Assembly (NCBI RefSeq): GCF_004010195.1
Contig: NC_057758.1
Coordinates: 8,394,424-8,458,008, forward strand
Source of the DNA: Chiloscyllium plagiosum
Lineage: Eukaryota
Length of the DNA stretch: 63,585 bases
Direction: 5' to 3'
The position numbers were made by a program, and so were the translations under genes. Under the pieces are notes generated by a model that made no database searches, was not told the DNA's origin, and saw only the letters and a list, made by a program, of their open reading frames with translations. Shown one piece after another: positions 1-11,059 of this stretch (the stretch's first letter is position 1; the number at the start of each line of letters is the position of its first letter).

Positions 1-815
1 TTGATGAGCAGAGGGATCTTGGTGTCCACGTACATGGATGCCTGAAAGTTGCCACCCAGATTGATAAAGTTGTTAAGAAGTCATACGGTGTGTTGGCATT
101 AATTGGTAGAGGGATTGAGTTTCGGAGCCACGAGATCATGCTGCATCTGTACAAAATTCTGGTGCGGCTGCGCTTGGAGTTGCATACAGATCTGATCACC
201 ACATTACAGGAAGGATGTGGAAGCTTTGGTATGAGTTCAGAAGAGATTTACTAAAATGTTGCCTGGTATGGAGGGAAAGTCTTGTGAGGAAAGGATGAGG
301 GACTTGATGCTGTTTGTGTTAGAGAGAAGAAGTTTGAGACCTGAGTTAATTCCTGAAGAAGGGCTTGTGCCAGAAACGTCGATTCTCCTGCTCCTTGGAT
401 GCTGCCTGACCTGCTGCGCTTTTCCAGCAACACATATTTCAGCTCTGATCTCCAGCATCTGCATTCCTCACTTTCTCCTACTTGATTTAATTGAGACATA
501 TAAGGTAATCAGAGGGTGAGATAGGGTGGACAATGAGAGCATTTTTTCCTTGGATGGTGATGGCTAGCACAATGGGACATAGCTTTAAGTTGACGGGTAA
601 TAGATATAGATCAGATGTCAAGAGGTAGTTTCTTTACTCAGAGAGTAGAGGGGCATGGAAAGCACTGCCTATGACAGTAGTAGACTCGCCAACTTTAAGG
701 GCACTTATATGGTCATTGGATAAACATATGGATGAAACTGGGATACTGTAGAATAGATGGGCTTCAGATTGGTTCTACAGGTAAGTGCAACATCGAGGGC
801 TGTAATGTTCTGTAT
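1..815 (+). mobile_element. CR1-clade LINE (HER1-like) ORF2 3' end and tail, decayed
   Basis: Translates to CR1 C-terminal motifs (LYKILVRLRLE, FTKMLPGMEG, FFTQRV) followed by a 3' UTR ending ctgtaatgttctgtattctg; interrupted at 352-479. Confidence 0.9.
352..479 (+). mobile_element. Short PLE-derived insertion headed by a hammerhead motif (family A)
   Basis: cCTGAAGA-A-GGGC-ttgt-GCCA-GAAAC-GTC followed by the family tail; flanked by acctgagttaatt (339-351) and acttgatttaatt (480-492), 11/13 identical; CR1 sequence resumes on both sides. Confidence 0.8.
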
Positions 816-819
816 TCTG

Positions 820-2250
820 CTTTCCAAGGTGGCACAAGCAACTTATATTTCTAAGTTAGACTTGCTCAGAGAATACGGACAGGTACGTTTGTCAGAAAGA
901 GAAAAGGCAACTTCAGCTTTTGTAACACCGAATGGACTGTATCAGTTTGAAGTCATGCCATTTAGCATGAAAAAATGCGCTAGCCACATTTCAGAGACGA
1001 ACAATAAAGTCATTGCCGGATTATTCAACTATGTCGTTTATATGGATGATCTGGTGATTTTAGCCACACGTGGAAGGAACATTTAGAGCATTAATCGGAC
1101 TTGTTCAATCAACTTCAGAAGGGTGGCTTGGTGATAAACCTGACTAAAACTTAATTTTCCAAAGCCCAACTCACCTTCCTGACCCATGTTATTAGACTTA
1201 GACAAATGGTCCCATGGGATACAAAAACAAAGGTCATTGGGGAGTTTCCCATAAAATCCACAAAAGGAGCAGTACTATGGTTCCTGGGATTGAGTGGATT
1301 TTATCAAAAATTTCGACCAATTTTGGCAGTGTAGTTGCTCCACCCACTGAACTTTTAAAGAAAGTCAAGAAGTTTCAGTAGACAGTGTACTCTAAGAGGT
1401 CATTTGACAGCCTGAAAGCTGTGTTAACCACTTCGCTGGTATTAACCACTCCTAATTACACAAAGCCATTCAAGGCTATCGATGCGAGTGATGTGGGTGT
1501 CAGTGCTCTTGCAAGAAGATAATGAGAAGCTAGAAAGACCTATCGGGCATTTCTCCAGGAATTTGAGCATTCAGCAGCAGATATATTCAATGGTTGAGAA
1601 GGAGATTTTGAGCTTGGTGTTGGCATTACAACTTTTCTGTGTTTCTGTTACCAGTCAGACATCTGAATTGAGACTGTATTGCTGGGAAAGCACAGCAGGT
1701 CATGCAGCATTTGAGGAGCAGGAGAATCGACGTTTCTGGCATAAGCCCTTCATCAGGACTGACCTTATGCCTGAAACATCGATTCTGCTGCTCCTCAGAT
1801 GCTGCCTGACCTGCTGTGCTTTCCCAGCATCACACTCTCGACTCTGATCTCCAGCATCTGCAGTCCTCACTTTCTCCTAGAAATACATCTGAGACAATCA
1901 TATAGGGTGATCATAATCCATTGAAGTTTGTGGAGAAATTTAAGGACAAAAGTGCAAGACTGTTTCGATGGTGCTTATGGTTACAGCCATTCAATTTGAA
2001 AATTGTGCGATGAGAAAACATGATTACCGATGCACTGTCGAGAGTCGAATGGGAAACAGAAGCGTTTGGTGGTGGGAGTACAACTGACTGATATGGAATG
2101 TAGTTGTTTATATTTGCATGTCAGTAGTCAATATGATGTAAATGTGTGTTTCAGCATACCAACCAATTTTAAAATGGAGCCATCTTTGGAGATTGCTGGT
2201 TCTTTTTTTTAAGGGGGAAGGTGTGACAAAGCTGTTCCTTGTATATGTAT
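820..2250 (+). mobile_element. Ty3/Gypsy LTR retrotransposon remnant: RT, RNase H, PPT, start of 3' LTR
   Basis: AFVTPNGLYQFEVMPF and YMDD (RT); DASDVG, ERPIGHFSR, YSMVEKEILSLVLAL, DHNPL, TDALSR (RNase H); PPT aagggggaagg at 2211-2221 followed by TGTGAC; stops and frameshifts. Confidence 0.9.
1657..1880. mobile_element. Head-to-head inverted pair of family A HHR elements inserted in Gypsy RNase H
   Basis: Left arm (~1657-1745) is the reverse complement of the right arm (~1764-1855); minus-strand HHR core at 1726-1757. Confidence 0.85.
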
Positions 2251-2299
2251 ATTTCATGTTCCTCAGGATGAATGTTTGCTATGTCTTCCAAACTGACCC

Positions 2300-3532
2300 C
2301 AGAAACTCCTGCCTTTGTTGAGTTCTTTGACCACATGACGAGACAAGTTGACGAAGTTTGAACAGTGGACATGGTGTACATGTAAGGCATCTGATAAGGT
2401 TTCCCATGATAGGCCCATTCAGAAAGTTAGGAGGTATGGGATACAGGGAAATTTGGCTGGATTCAGAATTGGGTGGCTGAAAGAAGACAGTGAGTGGTAG
2501 TGGATGGAAAGTATCCTGCCTGAAAGTTGGTGACCAGAGTTGTCCTGCAAAGATCTGTTTTTGAGCCTCTGCTCTTTATAGTTTTTATAAATGACGTGGA
2601 TGAAGAAGTAGAAGGGTGGGTTAGTAAGTTTGCCAATGACACAGAGGTCAGTGGTGTTGTAGATAGTGTTGAGAGCTGTTGCAGGCTACAGTATGACATT
2701 GACAGGATGCAGAGCTGGGCTGAGAAGTGGCTGATGGAATTCATCCTGAATAAATGGAAAGTGATTCATTTTGGAAGGTCAAATTTGAATACTGAATACA
2801 AGGTTAAAGATAGGATTCTTGGCAGTACGGAGGAACAGTGGGATCTTCGGGTCCATGTACGTAGATCCCTCAAAGTTGCCAACCAAGTTTATAGAGTTGT
2901 TAAGAAGGCATATGTTGTATTGGCTTTCATTAACACGGGGATTGAGTTTAAGACTCATGAGGTTTTGCTGCAATTCTATAAAACCTTTGGTTAGACCACA
3001 CTTGCAATATTGTGTCCAGATTTGGTTGCCTCATTATGGGAGGGATGTAGATCCTTCAGCGATGGTGCAGAGGAAATTTACCAGGCTGATGCCTGGATTG
3101 GAGGGCATGTCTTATGAAGAGAGGTTGAGTGAGATAGGGGTTTTCATTAGAGAGAAGAAGAAATAAAGGTGACTTGATAGAGGTGTACAAGGTAATGAGA
3201 GGCATAGATAAAGTCGATAGCCAGAGATCTTTTCCCAGGGCAGAAGTGGTTGTCATGAAGGGTCATAATTTTGAGGTGATTGGTGGATGGGAGAGGGGAG
3301 CTGTCAGAGGTAGATTCTTTACGCAGAGAGTGGTGGATGTGGAATGTACCGCCAGTGATGGTAGTGGAGTCAGAGACAGGGACATTTAAACGACTGATGG
3401 ACAAGCACATGGATGGTAGTAAATTGAGGGATGCGTAGGTTAGCCTGTTCTTAGATTAAGATAAATGCTCAGCACAACATCGTGGGCGAAAGGGCCTGTA
3501 CTGTGCTGTACTGTTCTATGTTCTATGTTCTA
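2300..3532 (+). mobile_element. CR1 LINE 3' portion (RT to tail)
   Basis: PLLFIVFINDVDE, SKFANDT, LVRPHLQYCVQIW; (ttctatg)n tail at ~3511-3531. Confidence 0.92.
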
Positions 3533-3534
3533 TT

Positions 3535-4490
3535 GCTGCCCCCCTCTAGGGATTCCTTCACCTGATCAAGTTTCATCAGTAAGTCTGTTTCCTTAACTAT
3601 TACAAAACGTAGTATTGCCTGCCCCCTAGTGGGCTATACCAGAAACTGCTCCAAAAATATTCTCCTCGATATTACATGGATTCCTTTTCATGGATCCACT
3701 ACCAACCTGATTTTCCCAGTCCACCTGCATATTGAATTATTCCACTATTATTATAATATTGCACTTCTTACATGTCTTTTATATCTGCTGATTTATTTTC
3801 TGTTCCCTGGACCGACTACTGCAAGGAGATCTGTTTGTAATTCTTATCAGGTCTTCTTTACTTTGTGGTCCTTCAACTTTACCCACAAAATTCTACAGGT
3901 TCTGAATCTATATCACTTCGTTCTATTGATTTAATTTCATTTTTTGCTGTCAAGTAAACCTCGCCTTCTCTGCCTGTCCTTTCGATTGATTACATATCCT
4001 GTGTATATAGTTCCCAGCCCTGGTCCCTTTGCAAACATATCTCTGATAATCTCCAGCATTGCACCTATCAGTTTCAATCTGTCCTATAAAATCATTTATC
4101 TTGTAATTTAATGCCTGCAATATACAAAACTGCCCCCTCAATCCTGTGCTGACTGCCTACCTTCTCATAGTTTTCCACTATCTACTTAGCCTGAGTTTAG
4201 ATTCCTGACCATTTCCATACACTCTGCCTATTACTTGTTTTGGTAAACTTTAATAATCTCTGCTGAGCCTTCCCCAACCACCCCTCCTGAACTAGTTTAC
4301 AGTCCTTGTGATCATGATTTCCCTCAATTTGCACCATCTCTTTGTCAACCTTTTTCTGAATGCCTTGAACACTAAGATACAAAGCAAAGAACAAAGAACA
4401 GTGAGCACAGGAACAGGTCCGACAGCCCTCCAAACCTGCGATGACACATTCTGCCCTTCCAGACTAAACTGTCTTCACTTACAGGATCTG
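3535..4490 (-). mobile_element. Old decayed CR1 fragments (endonuclease region and a 3' tail)
   Basis: Resembles the reverse complement of the CR1 APE region seen at 13330-13800 and 53370-53800. Confidence 0.55.
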
Positions 4491-5254
4491 GATCTGTCAG
4501 TTTGTTGAAGTTGTCTGATGAACTAGTATTAAATATGCATCTGCAGGTCTGTGAAGTTATTCTCCACTTCCTAATCAGATCTCCATTTTAAATCAAACAG
4601 CATTCTGTGATTCCTTCAGCCTCAGCTTCAGTGTGGGCTAATTGTATTAATTTGCTTAATGATAGATTTGCTTTCCAAGCCGCACTTCAGGCAAACTAAA
4701 ATATTCTTTTTAATTATACTATTTTTTACAGAAAGTTTTCACGACTCTAACAATGCTTATAGTATTATTCTGACCTCTGACGATGGCCTTTGTTTAGCCA
4801 TTGCTTTGGAATCAAGACACAATGGAAAATTCCCTGGCCCTTGTTCCTATGATTATTCTGCCCCTTTAACCTCACTCTGATTTTCTGTGATAGTTTGCTA
4901 AGCTCCAACGTACACCCCAGCCAAGTTACAATCTAGAAATAAAACAACCCTGTCCCTGGGTAATTCCTCACTAATCCGACCATCACTGTTACAAACATCA
5001 AGTCACATTCTAAGTGCATTTTGTACAAAGTATTTACTCTCCATTTATCCTGTTTATAACACTGGTTTACAGTGCATATTCTGAAGGAAAATCGGGATTC
5101 TCCTTCAGCAAAATAATTTACATCACGACATTATTGCTTTCCATCGTCATTGGTTTGTCTTCATCATTTGAAGACAAAGGAGTTACCTTCCCTTTCAACC
5201 AAAACTCTATATTCAGAGCAGTTTGTAACTCCAATTAAAATTATAATTGGATCC

Positions 5255-5905
5255 TTGGAATCCCCACAGTGCAGAAAGTGATCACTTGTTCCATTGAGTC
5301 TACTGACGCTCTGAAGTGCATCCTAACCTAGCTCCTATTCTATCCGCACATTTCCCATGACCAATGCACCCAGCTTATGCCTACCTGGACACTACGGACA
5401 ATTTAGAATAAGAATCCCTACAGCGTGGAAACAGGCCCTTCGGCTCAACAAGTCCACACCAACCCTCTGAAGAGTATCCTGCCGAGACCCATTCCCCTGT
5501 ATTTACCCCGATTCATGCACCTAACCCACATAACCTGGAACACTCTGGGCAATTGAACATGGCCAATTCCCCTAACCTGCACATCTTTGGATGGTGGGAG
5601 AAAACTGGAGCACCTGGAGGAAAGTGACACAGACACGGGGAGAATGTGCAAACTCCACACAGACAGTCGCCTGAGGCTGGAATCGAACCTGGGTCCCTGG
5701 TGCTGTGAGGCAGCAGTGTGAACCATTTAGTGTGGCCAATCCGGATAACCTGCATATCTTTGCACTATGGGTGCAAACTGGAGCACGCAAACAAAAACCA
5801 TGTAGGTGATCATATGCAAACTCCACATAGATAGTCACCCGAGGTTGGAATGAAATCCAGGTCCTGGTGCTGTGAGGCAGCAATGCAAACCACTGTGTCA
5901 CCCAA
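5255..5905 (-). mobile_element. Cluster of 2-3 HE1/V-SINE-type tRNA-derived SINEs
   Basis: Reverse complement has the tRNA-like head (cactgctgcctcacagcaccagggacccaggttcgattcc), the central tgtgtggagtttgcacattctccccgtgtctg domain and a CR1-like tail. Confidence 0.9.
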
Positions 5906-6253
5906 TATTTTCTGTTTGAGGTATATGGTAGTTTCTTTTTTAATCTTTTGAACCTCTTATGAATGTCAATATGTCCCAGAGACTTCCCAAACTTCCAGCA
6001 CCCTGAATGAGGTTGTCGCAATTCATTACAATAGAAACACTTCTATCTTCAGCACCTGACTTTCTCATGGAATTCCCAGCTGTCTGTTCTCTACTCTGGC
6101 TAATTACCTTCCTTACACTCTCCCATCCTCTATCTAACAGGATTTATGGGGTGAGGAAAAAATGGTTGAGTTGAATGGATCAGAATCGTCAGCCATTTCT
6201 GCTGCCTGCTTCACAGTTGGTATTCTCAGTAATCTATTAGCAGGTATGAAGTT

Positions 6254-6387
6254 TCCTGAAGAAGGGCTTTATGCCCGAAACGTCGATTCTCCTGTTCCCT
6301 GGAAACAGCAGCCTGACCTGCTGCGCTTTTACAGCAACACATTTTCAGCTCTGAACTCCAGCATCTGCAGACCTCACTTTCTCCTCC
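6254..6387 (+). mobile_element. Short family A HHR-headed insertion
   Basis: CTGAAGA-A-GGGC-tttat-GCCC-GAAAC-GTC at 6256-6284 plus family tail; direct repeat atgaagtt at 6246-6253 and 6388-6395. Confidence 0.8.
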
Positions 6388-6471
6388 ATGAAGTTCTGAG
6401 ACCCAGCTGATCTCTCTCCTTCTCGTCTGGTGATATTATTTACAACTAAACTCAACCCTTTTTCTAAGCAT

Positions 6472-7660
6472 GATTTAGAGATGCTGGTGTTGGACTGGGG
6501 TGTACAAAGTTAAAAAGCACACAACACCAGGTTATAGTCCAACAGGTTTAATTGGAAGCACACTAGCTTTCTGAGCATCGCTCCGTCATCAGGTGATAGT
6601 GGAGGGCTCAATCCTAACACACAGAATTTATAGCAAAAACTTACAGTGTGATGTAACTGAAATCATACATTGAAAGATTGATTGTATGTTAAGCCTTTTA
6701 TCTGTTAGAATACCATGATAGTTCCACTTCTTTCATGTGTAAATCACAAAACATTTTTTTTCAAAGTTGCATTCTCAGGTTAGCTGTTAACAATGGATGA
6801 TAGCTAGACAATATGTTGAAGGTGTTAGCCCCCCGTGTTCTCTGTCGATGCCATGATGTTTAGATTGATTTTAATCTAAAAAGTGATGTCGATGCCATGA
6901 TGTTTAGATTGATTTTAATCTAAAAAGTGAGATGACATGAATGCATGCAGTGTTTGAGCAAAGTACAATGTAATCCTGCAAGTACAAATTCACCCCACAA
7001 AATATATGTGTGCATGTGGGTCTTCGCCTGTGTGTGTGTGTGTGTCTGTCTGGGTTGAGTGTTTTGAGTGTGAGAAAGTGTATGTGCGTGTGTAGTGAGT
7101 GTAGAGTGTCTTAAGTCTGTGAGAGGGTGCATTTGTGAGTATGGGAGTGTGGGAGTGTGTGTGTCTGTAAGGGTGTGTGTGGGTGTCTGTGTGCACGTCT
7201 GTGTATATGTGTGTCCATGTGTATGTGTGTATAGGAGTGTGTGTGTGTAGGAGTGTCTGTGTGTGTTTGTGTAGGAGTGTCTCTGTGTGTGTATAGTGCA
7301 TATAGTGCAATGGTGGTTACCTATAATATGACATGAACCCAAGGTCCCAGTTGAGGCCCTCCCTATGGGACCCGAAGTTAGCTATCAGCCTCTGCTCAGC
7401 CACTTTTCGCTGCTGCCTGTTCCGAAGTCCGCCTTGGAGGATGGTTACCCGAAGTTCCGAGGTCGAATGCCCTGGACCACTGCAGTGTTTCCCAACTGGG
7501 AGGGAACACTCCTGTCTGTTGATTGTTGTGTGGTGCCCATTCATCCGTTGTTGTAGCCTTTGCTCGGTTTCCCCAATGTACAATGCCTCAGGGCATCCTT
7601 GCCTGCAATGTATAAGATAGACACCGTTGGCTGAGTCACATGAGGACCTGCCATGTACAA
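6472..7660 (-). mobile_element. Penelope-like element 3' end (GIY-YIG endonuclease, CA-rich 3' region, family B HHR)
   Basis: GVYLIHCRQGCPEALYIGETEQRLQQRMNGH...GLN is a GIY-YIG domain (7317-7660); (CA)-rich tract ~7000-7300; terminal region contains an HHR. Confidence 0.9.
6561..6595 (-). ncRNA. Minimal hammerhead ribozyme motif, family B
   Basis: Minus strand reads cac-CTGATGA-c-GGAGC-gat-GCTC-a-GAAAG-CTA-gtg: stem I cac/gtg, palindromic AGCT in place of stem III, CUA cleavage triplet; base of stem II mismatched in this copy. Confidence 0.7.
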
Positions 7661-7844
7661 GATGATTTTACTTACATCATCCTAGCTTTGTTTCCATGTC
7701 ATTTTAAATTTCCGATCTTGTAGTCTTTTTCTTTTACAAGCAAAACAGCTTCTCCCTCTTTACTCTGTTCAACCAGCTGATGACTTTAAAACTCAAATTG
7801 ATCTCCTTTTCAGCCTTTATATCTCAAGAGAAAACAGTCCCAAT

Positions 7845-8165
7845 GTAGAATCCCTATAGTGCGGAAAGTGGCCATTCAGCCTATCAAGTCTGCAGTACCC
7901 CTCTGAAGAGCACTTTGTGGGAATAATTGCCATTACTAACCCATCTAAGCCTGTACATCACTGGACAGTATGGATAATTCAGCATGGTCAATCCACCTAA
8001 TCGGCACATCATTGGACTGCAGGAAGGAAACAGTGGACCCAATGGGGACCCACGTAGAAACAGAGAGAACCTGAAAACTCCACAGAATCAGTTCCCCGAG
8101 TGAGGAATCAAACCCAGGAACCTTGAGCTATGAGGCCATATGCTATCCCCTGGGCCTCTATGCTG
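7845..8165 (-). mobile_element. Diverged HE1/V-SINE-type SINE within old CR1 fragments (~7680-8500)
   Basis: Similar to the SINE at 5410-5725. Confidence 0.75.
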
Positions 8166-8499
8166 CCCTGACTTCTTCAAGTTATCCTCATAGCTGAAGT
8201 TTTGCATTCTTGGAAGCATTCTAATAAATGCTGGCACAATGCATTTGCATTTTTCCTATAATGAGGCACCCACAACTTGTACACAATGTTCCAGCCGAGG
8301 CCTAACAAGTTTCTAGTATCTATCACAATTTCAGCATCATCTCCTTGCTGTTGTACTCGATGCCTCTTTGAATAAATCTGAGAACACTGCTTTATTAATT
8401 GCTCTCTGCACCTCTCTGCTATGTTCAATTATCTGTGCCCAGATATATGTTGCTGCTCCTACATCTCGTTAGCCATGGATGGACTCTTTGTTTCAGTAT

Positions 8500-8697
8500 A
8501 AAAAGGTGTTGCTGGAAAAGCGCAGAAGGTCAGGCAGCATCCAGGGAACAGGAAAATCGACGTTTCGGGCATAAGCCCTTCTTCAGGAATGAGGAACATT
8601 TGTCCAGCAGACTAAGATAAAAGGTAGGGAGGAGGGACTTGGGGGAGGGGCGTCGGAAATGCGATAGGTGGAAAGAGGTCAAGGTGAGGGTGATAGG
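8500..8697 (-). mobile_element. PLE 3' terminal region with intact family A HHR core (8555-8590), cut off by a gap
   Basis: Reverse complement closely matches 60615-60810; attc-CTGAAGA-A-GGGC-ttat-GCCC-GAAAC-GTC-gatt. Confidence 0.88.
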
Positions 8698-9197
8698 NNN
8701 NNNNNNNNNNNNNNNNNNNNNNNNNNNNNNNNNNNNNNNNNNNNNNNNNNNNNNNNNNNNNNNNNNNNNNNNNNNNNNNNNNNNNNNNNNNNNNNNNNNN
8801 NNNNNNNNNNNNNNNNNNNNNNNNNNNNNNNNNNNNNNNNNNNNNNNNNNNNNNNNNNNNNNNNNNNNNNNNNNNNNNNNNNNNNNNNNNNNNNNNNNNN
8901 NNNNNNNNNNNNNNNNNNNNNNNNNNNNNNNNNNNNNNNNNNNNNNNNNNNNNNNNNNNNNNNNNNNNNNNNNNNNNNNNNNNNNNNNNNNNNNNNNNNN
9001 NNNNNNNNNNNNNNNNNNNNNNNNNNNNNNNNNNNNNNNNNNNNNNNNNNNNNNNNNNNNNNNNNNNNNNNNNNNNNNNNNNNNNNNNNNNNNNNNNNNN
9101 NNNNNNNNNNNNNNNNNNNNNNNNNNNNNNNNNNNNNNNNNNNNNNNNNNNNNNNNNNNNNNNNNNNNNNNNNNNNNNNNNNNNNNNNNNNNNNNNN
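8698..9197. other. Assembly gap (500 N)
   Basis: Run of exactly 500 N. Confidence 1.
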
Positions 9198-10845
9198 TAT
9201 GGAAGATATACACTGTAGGGAAATAGATGGTGACATCGTGCAAAATGTCCAGATTACTGAGGAGGAGGTGCTGGATGTCTTGAAACGGTTAAAGTTGGAC
9301 AAATCCTCAGGAACTCATCATGTGTACCCTGGACCTTTCTGGGAAGCTGGAGAAGTGATTGCTGGGCCTGAAATATTTGCATCATCGACAGTCACAGGTG
9401 AGGTGCCGGAAGACTGGAGGTTGGCAAACGTCTGCCACTGTTTAAAAAGGGCGGCCAAGATAAGCCAGGGAACTATAGACCAGTGAGCCTGACCTCAGTG
9501 GTGGGCAAGTTGTTGGAGGGAATCCTGAGGCATAGGATGTGCGTGTATTTGGAAAGGCAAGGACTTATTCGGGATAGTCAACATGGCTTTGTGCGTGGGA
9601 AATCAGGTCTCACTACTTGATTGAGTTTTTGGATGAAGTAACAACGAAGATTGATGAGAGAAGAACAGCATAAGTAATCTATATGGACTTCAGTAAGGCG
9701 TTGGACAAGGTTCCCCATGGGAGACGGATGAGCATGGTTAGATCGCATGAAACGTCTGGAAAACTAGCCATTTGGATACGAAATTGGCTCAACGGTAGAA
9801 GACAGAGAGTGGTGGTGGAGGGTTGTTTTTTCAGACTGGAGGCCTGTGACCAGTGGAGTGCCAGACGGATCAGTGCTGGGCCTTCTACTTTTTGTCATTT
9901 ACGTAAATTATTTGAATGCGAGCATAAGAGGTACATTTAATAAGTTTGCAGGTGACACCAAAATTGGAGATGTAGTGGACATCGAAGAGGGTTACCTCAG
10001 ATTACAGCAGGATCTGGATCAGAAGGGTCAATAGGCTGAGAAGTGGCAGATCGAGTTTAATTCAGATAAATGCGAGGTGTTGCATTTTGGGAAAGCAAAT
10101 CTTAGCAGGACTTATACACAATATGGTAAGGTCCTAGGGATTGTTGCTGAACAAAGAGACCTTGGAGTGCAGGTTCATGGATCGCAGGTAGATAGCATCG
10201 TGAAGAAGGCGTTTGGTATGCTTTCCTTTATTGCTTAGAGCATTGAGTACAGGATTTGGGAGGTCATGTTGCGGCTGTACATGACATTGGTTAGGCCACT
10301 GTCGGAATATTGCGTGCAGTTCTGGTCTCCATCCTATCGGAAAGATGTTTTGAAACTTGAAAGGGTTCAGAAAAGATTTACAAGAATGTTGCCAGGGTTG
10401 GAGGATCTGAGCTACCGGGAGAGGCTGAACAGGCTGGGGCTCTTTTCCCTGGAGCGTCGGAGGCTGAGGGGTGATCTTATAGAGGTTTACAAAATTATGA
10501 GGGGTATGGATAGGTTAAATAGGCAAAGTCGATTCCCCGGGGTCTGGGAGTCCAGAACGAGAGGGCATAAGTTTAGGGGGAGAGGGGAAAGATATAAAAG
10601 AGACCTTCGGGTCAATTTTTTCACGCAGCGCGTGTTTGGAATGAGCTGCCAGAGGATGTGGTGGAGGCCTGTACAATTGCAACATTTAAGAGGCATTTGT
10701 ATGAATACATGAATAGGAAGGGTTTGGAGGGACATGGGCTGGGTGCTGGCAGGTGGGCGGAGATTGGGTTGGAATATCTGGTCGGCATGGACGGGTCGAA
10801 CTGAAGGGTCTGTTTCCATGCTGTACACCTCTATTACTCTATAAC
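9198..10845 (+). mobile_element. Relatively young CR1 LINE, RT through 3' UTR
   Basis: VPEDWRLAN, MDFSKALDKVPH, GVPDGSVLG, KFAGDTK, LVRPLSEYCVQFWSP; frameshifted. Confidence 0.95.
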
Positions 10846-11059
10846 ATAGCAAACAAGCTTGTTTCACAGCCAAAGGTTACATTATTTCCATTCACCAGCA
10901 GACGCTGAGACTGCTGTAAGTCCCATCACATCTGCCTGCATTCACTCTCTCTGAAGGGTAAAGTACATGCTTTCAATTTCTTAACAATGCTCAATTCAAG
11001 TAGTTTAGTTGGAGGCTATTTTTGTCAGGTGTGTCTAGGAAAGATTCCTGACACAATGA

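Noticed and set aside
5660..5725. tRNA-like sequences (also ~29915, 32370, 45940, 58600)
   Set aside because: They are SINE heads continuous with the central domain and CR1-like tail, not tRNA genes.
6920..7342. His/Thr-rich ORFs
   Set aside because: Translation of a (CA)-rich tract in a PLE 3' region.
8530..9486. Long X-rich ORFs here and at 24369-25196 and 52410-53033
   Set aside because: Artefacts of translating N gaps.
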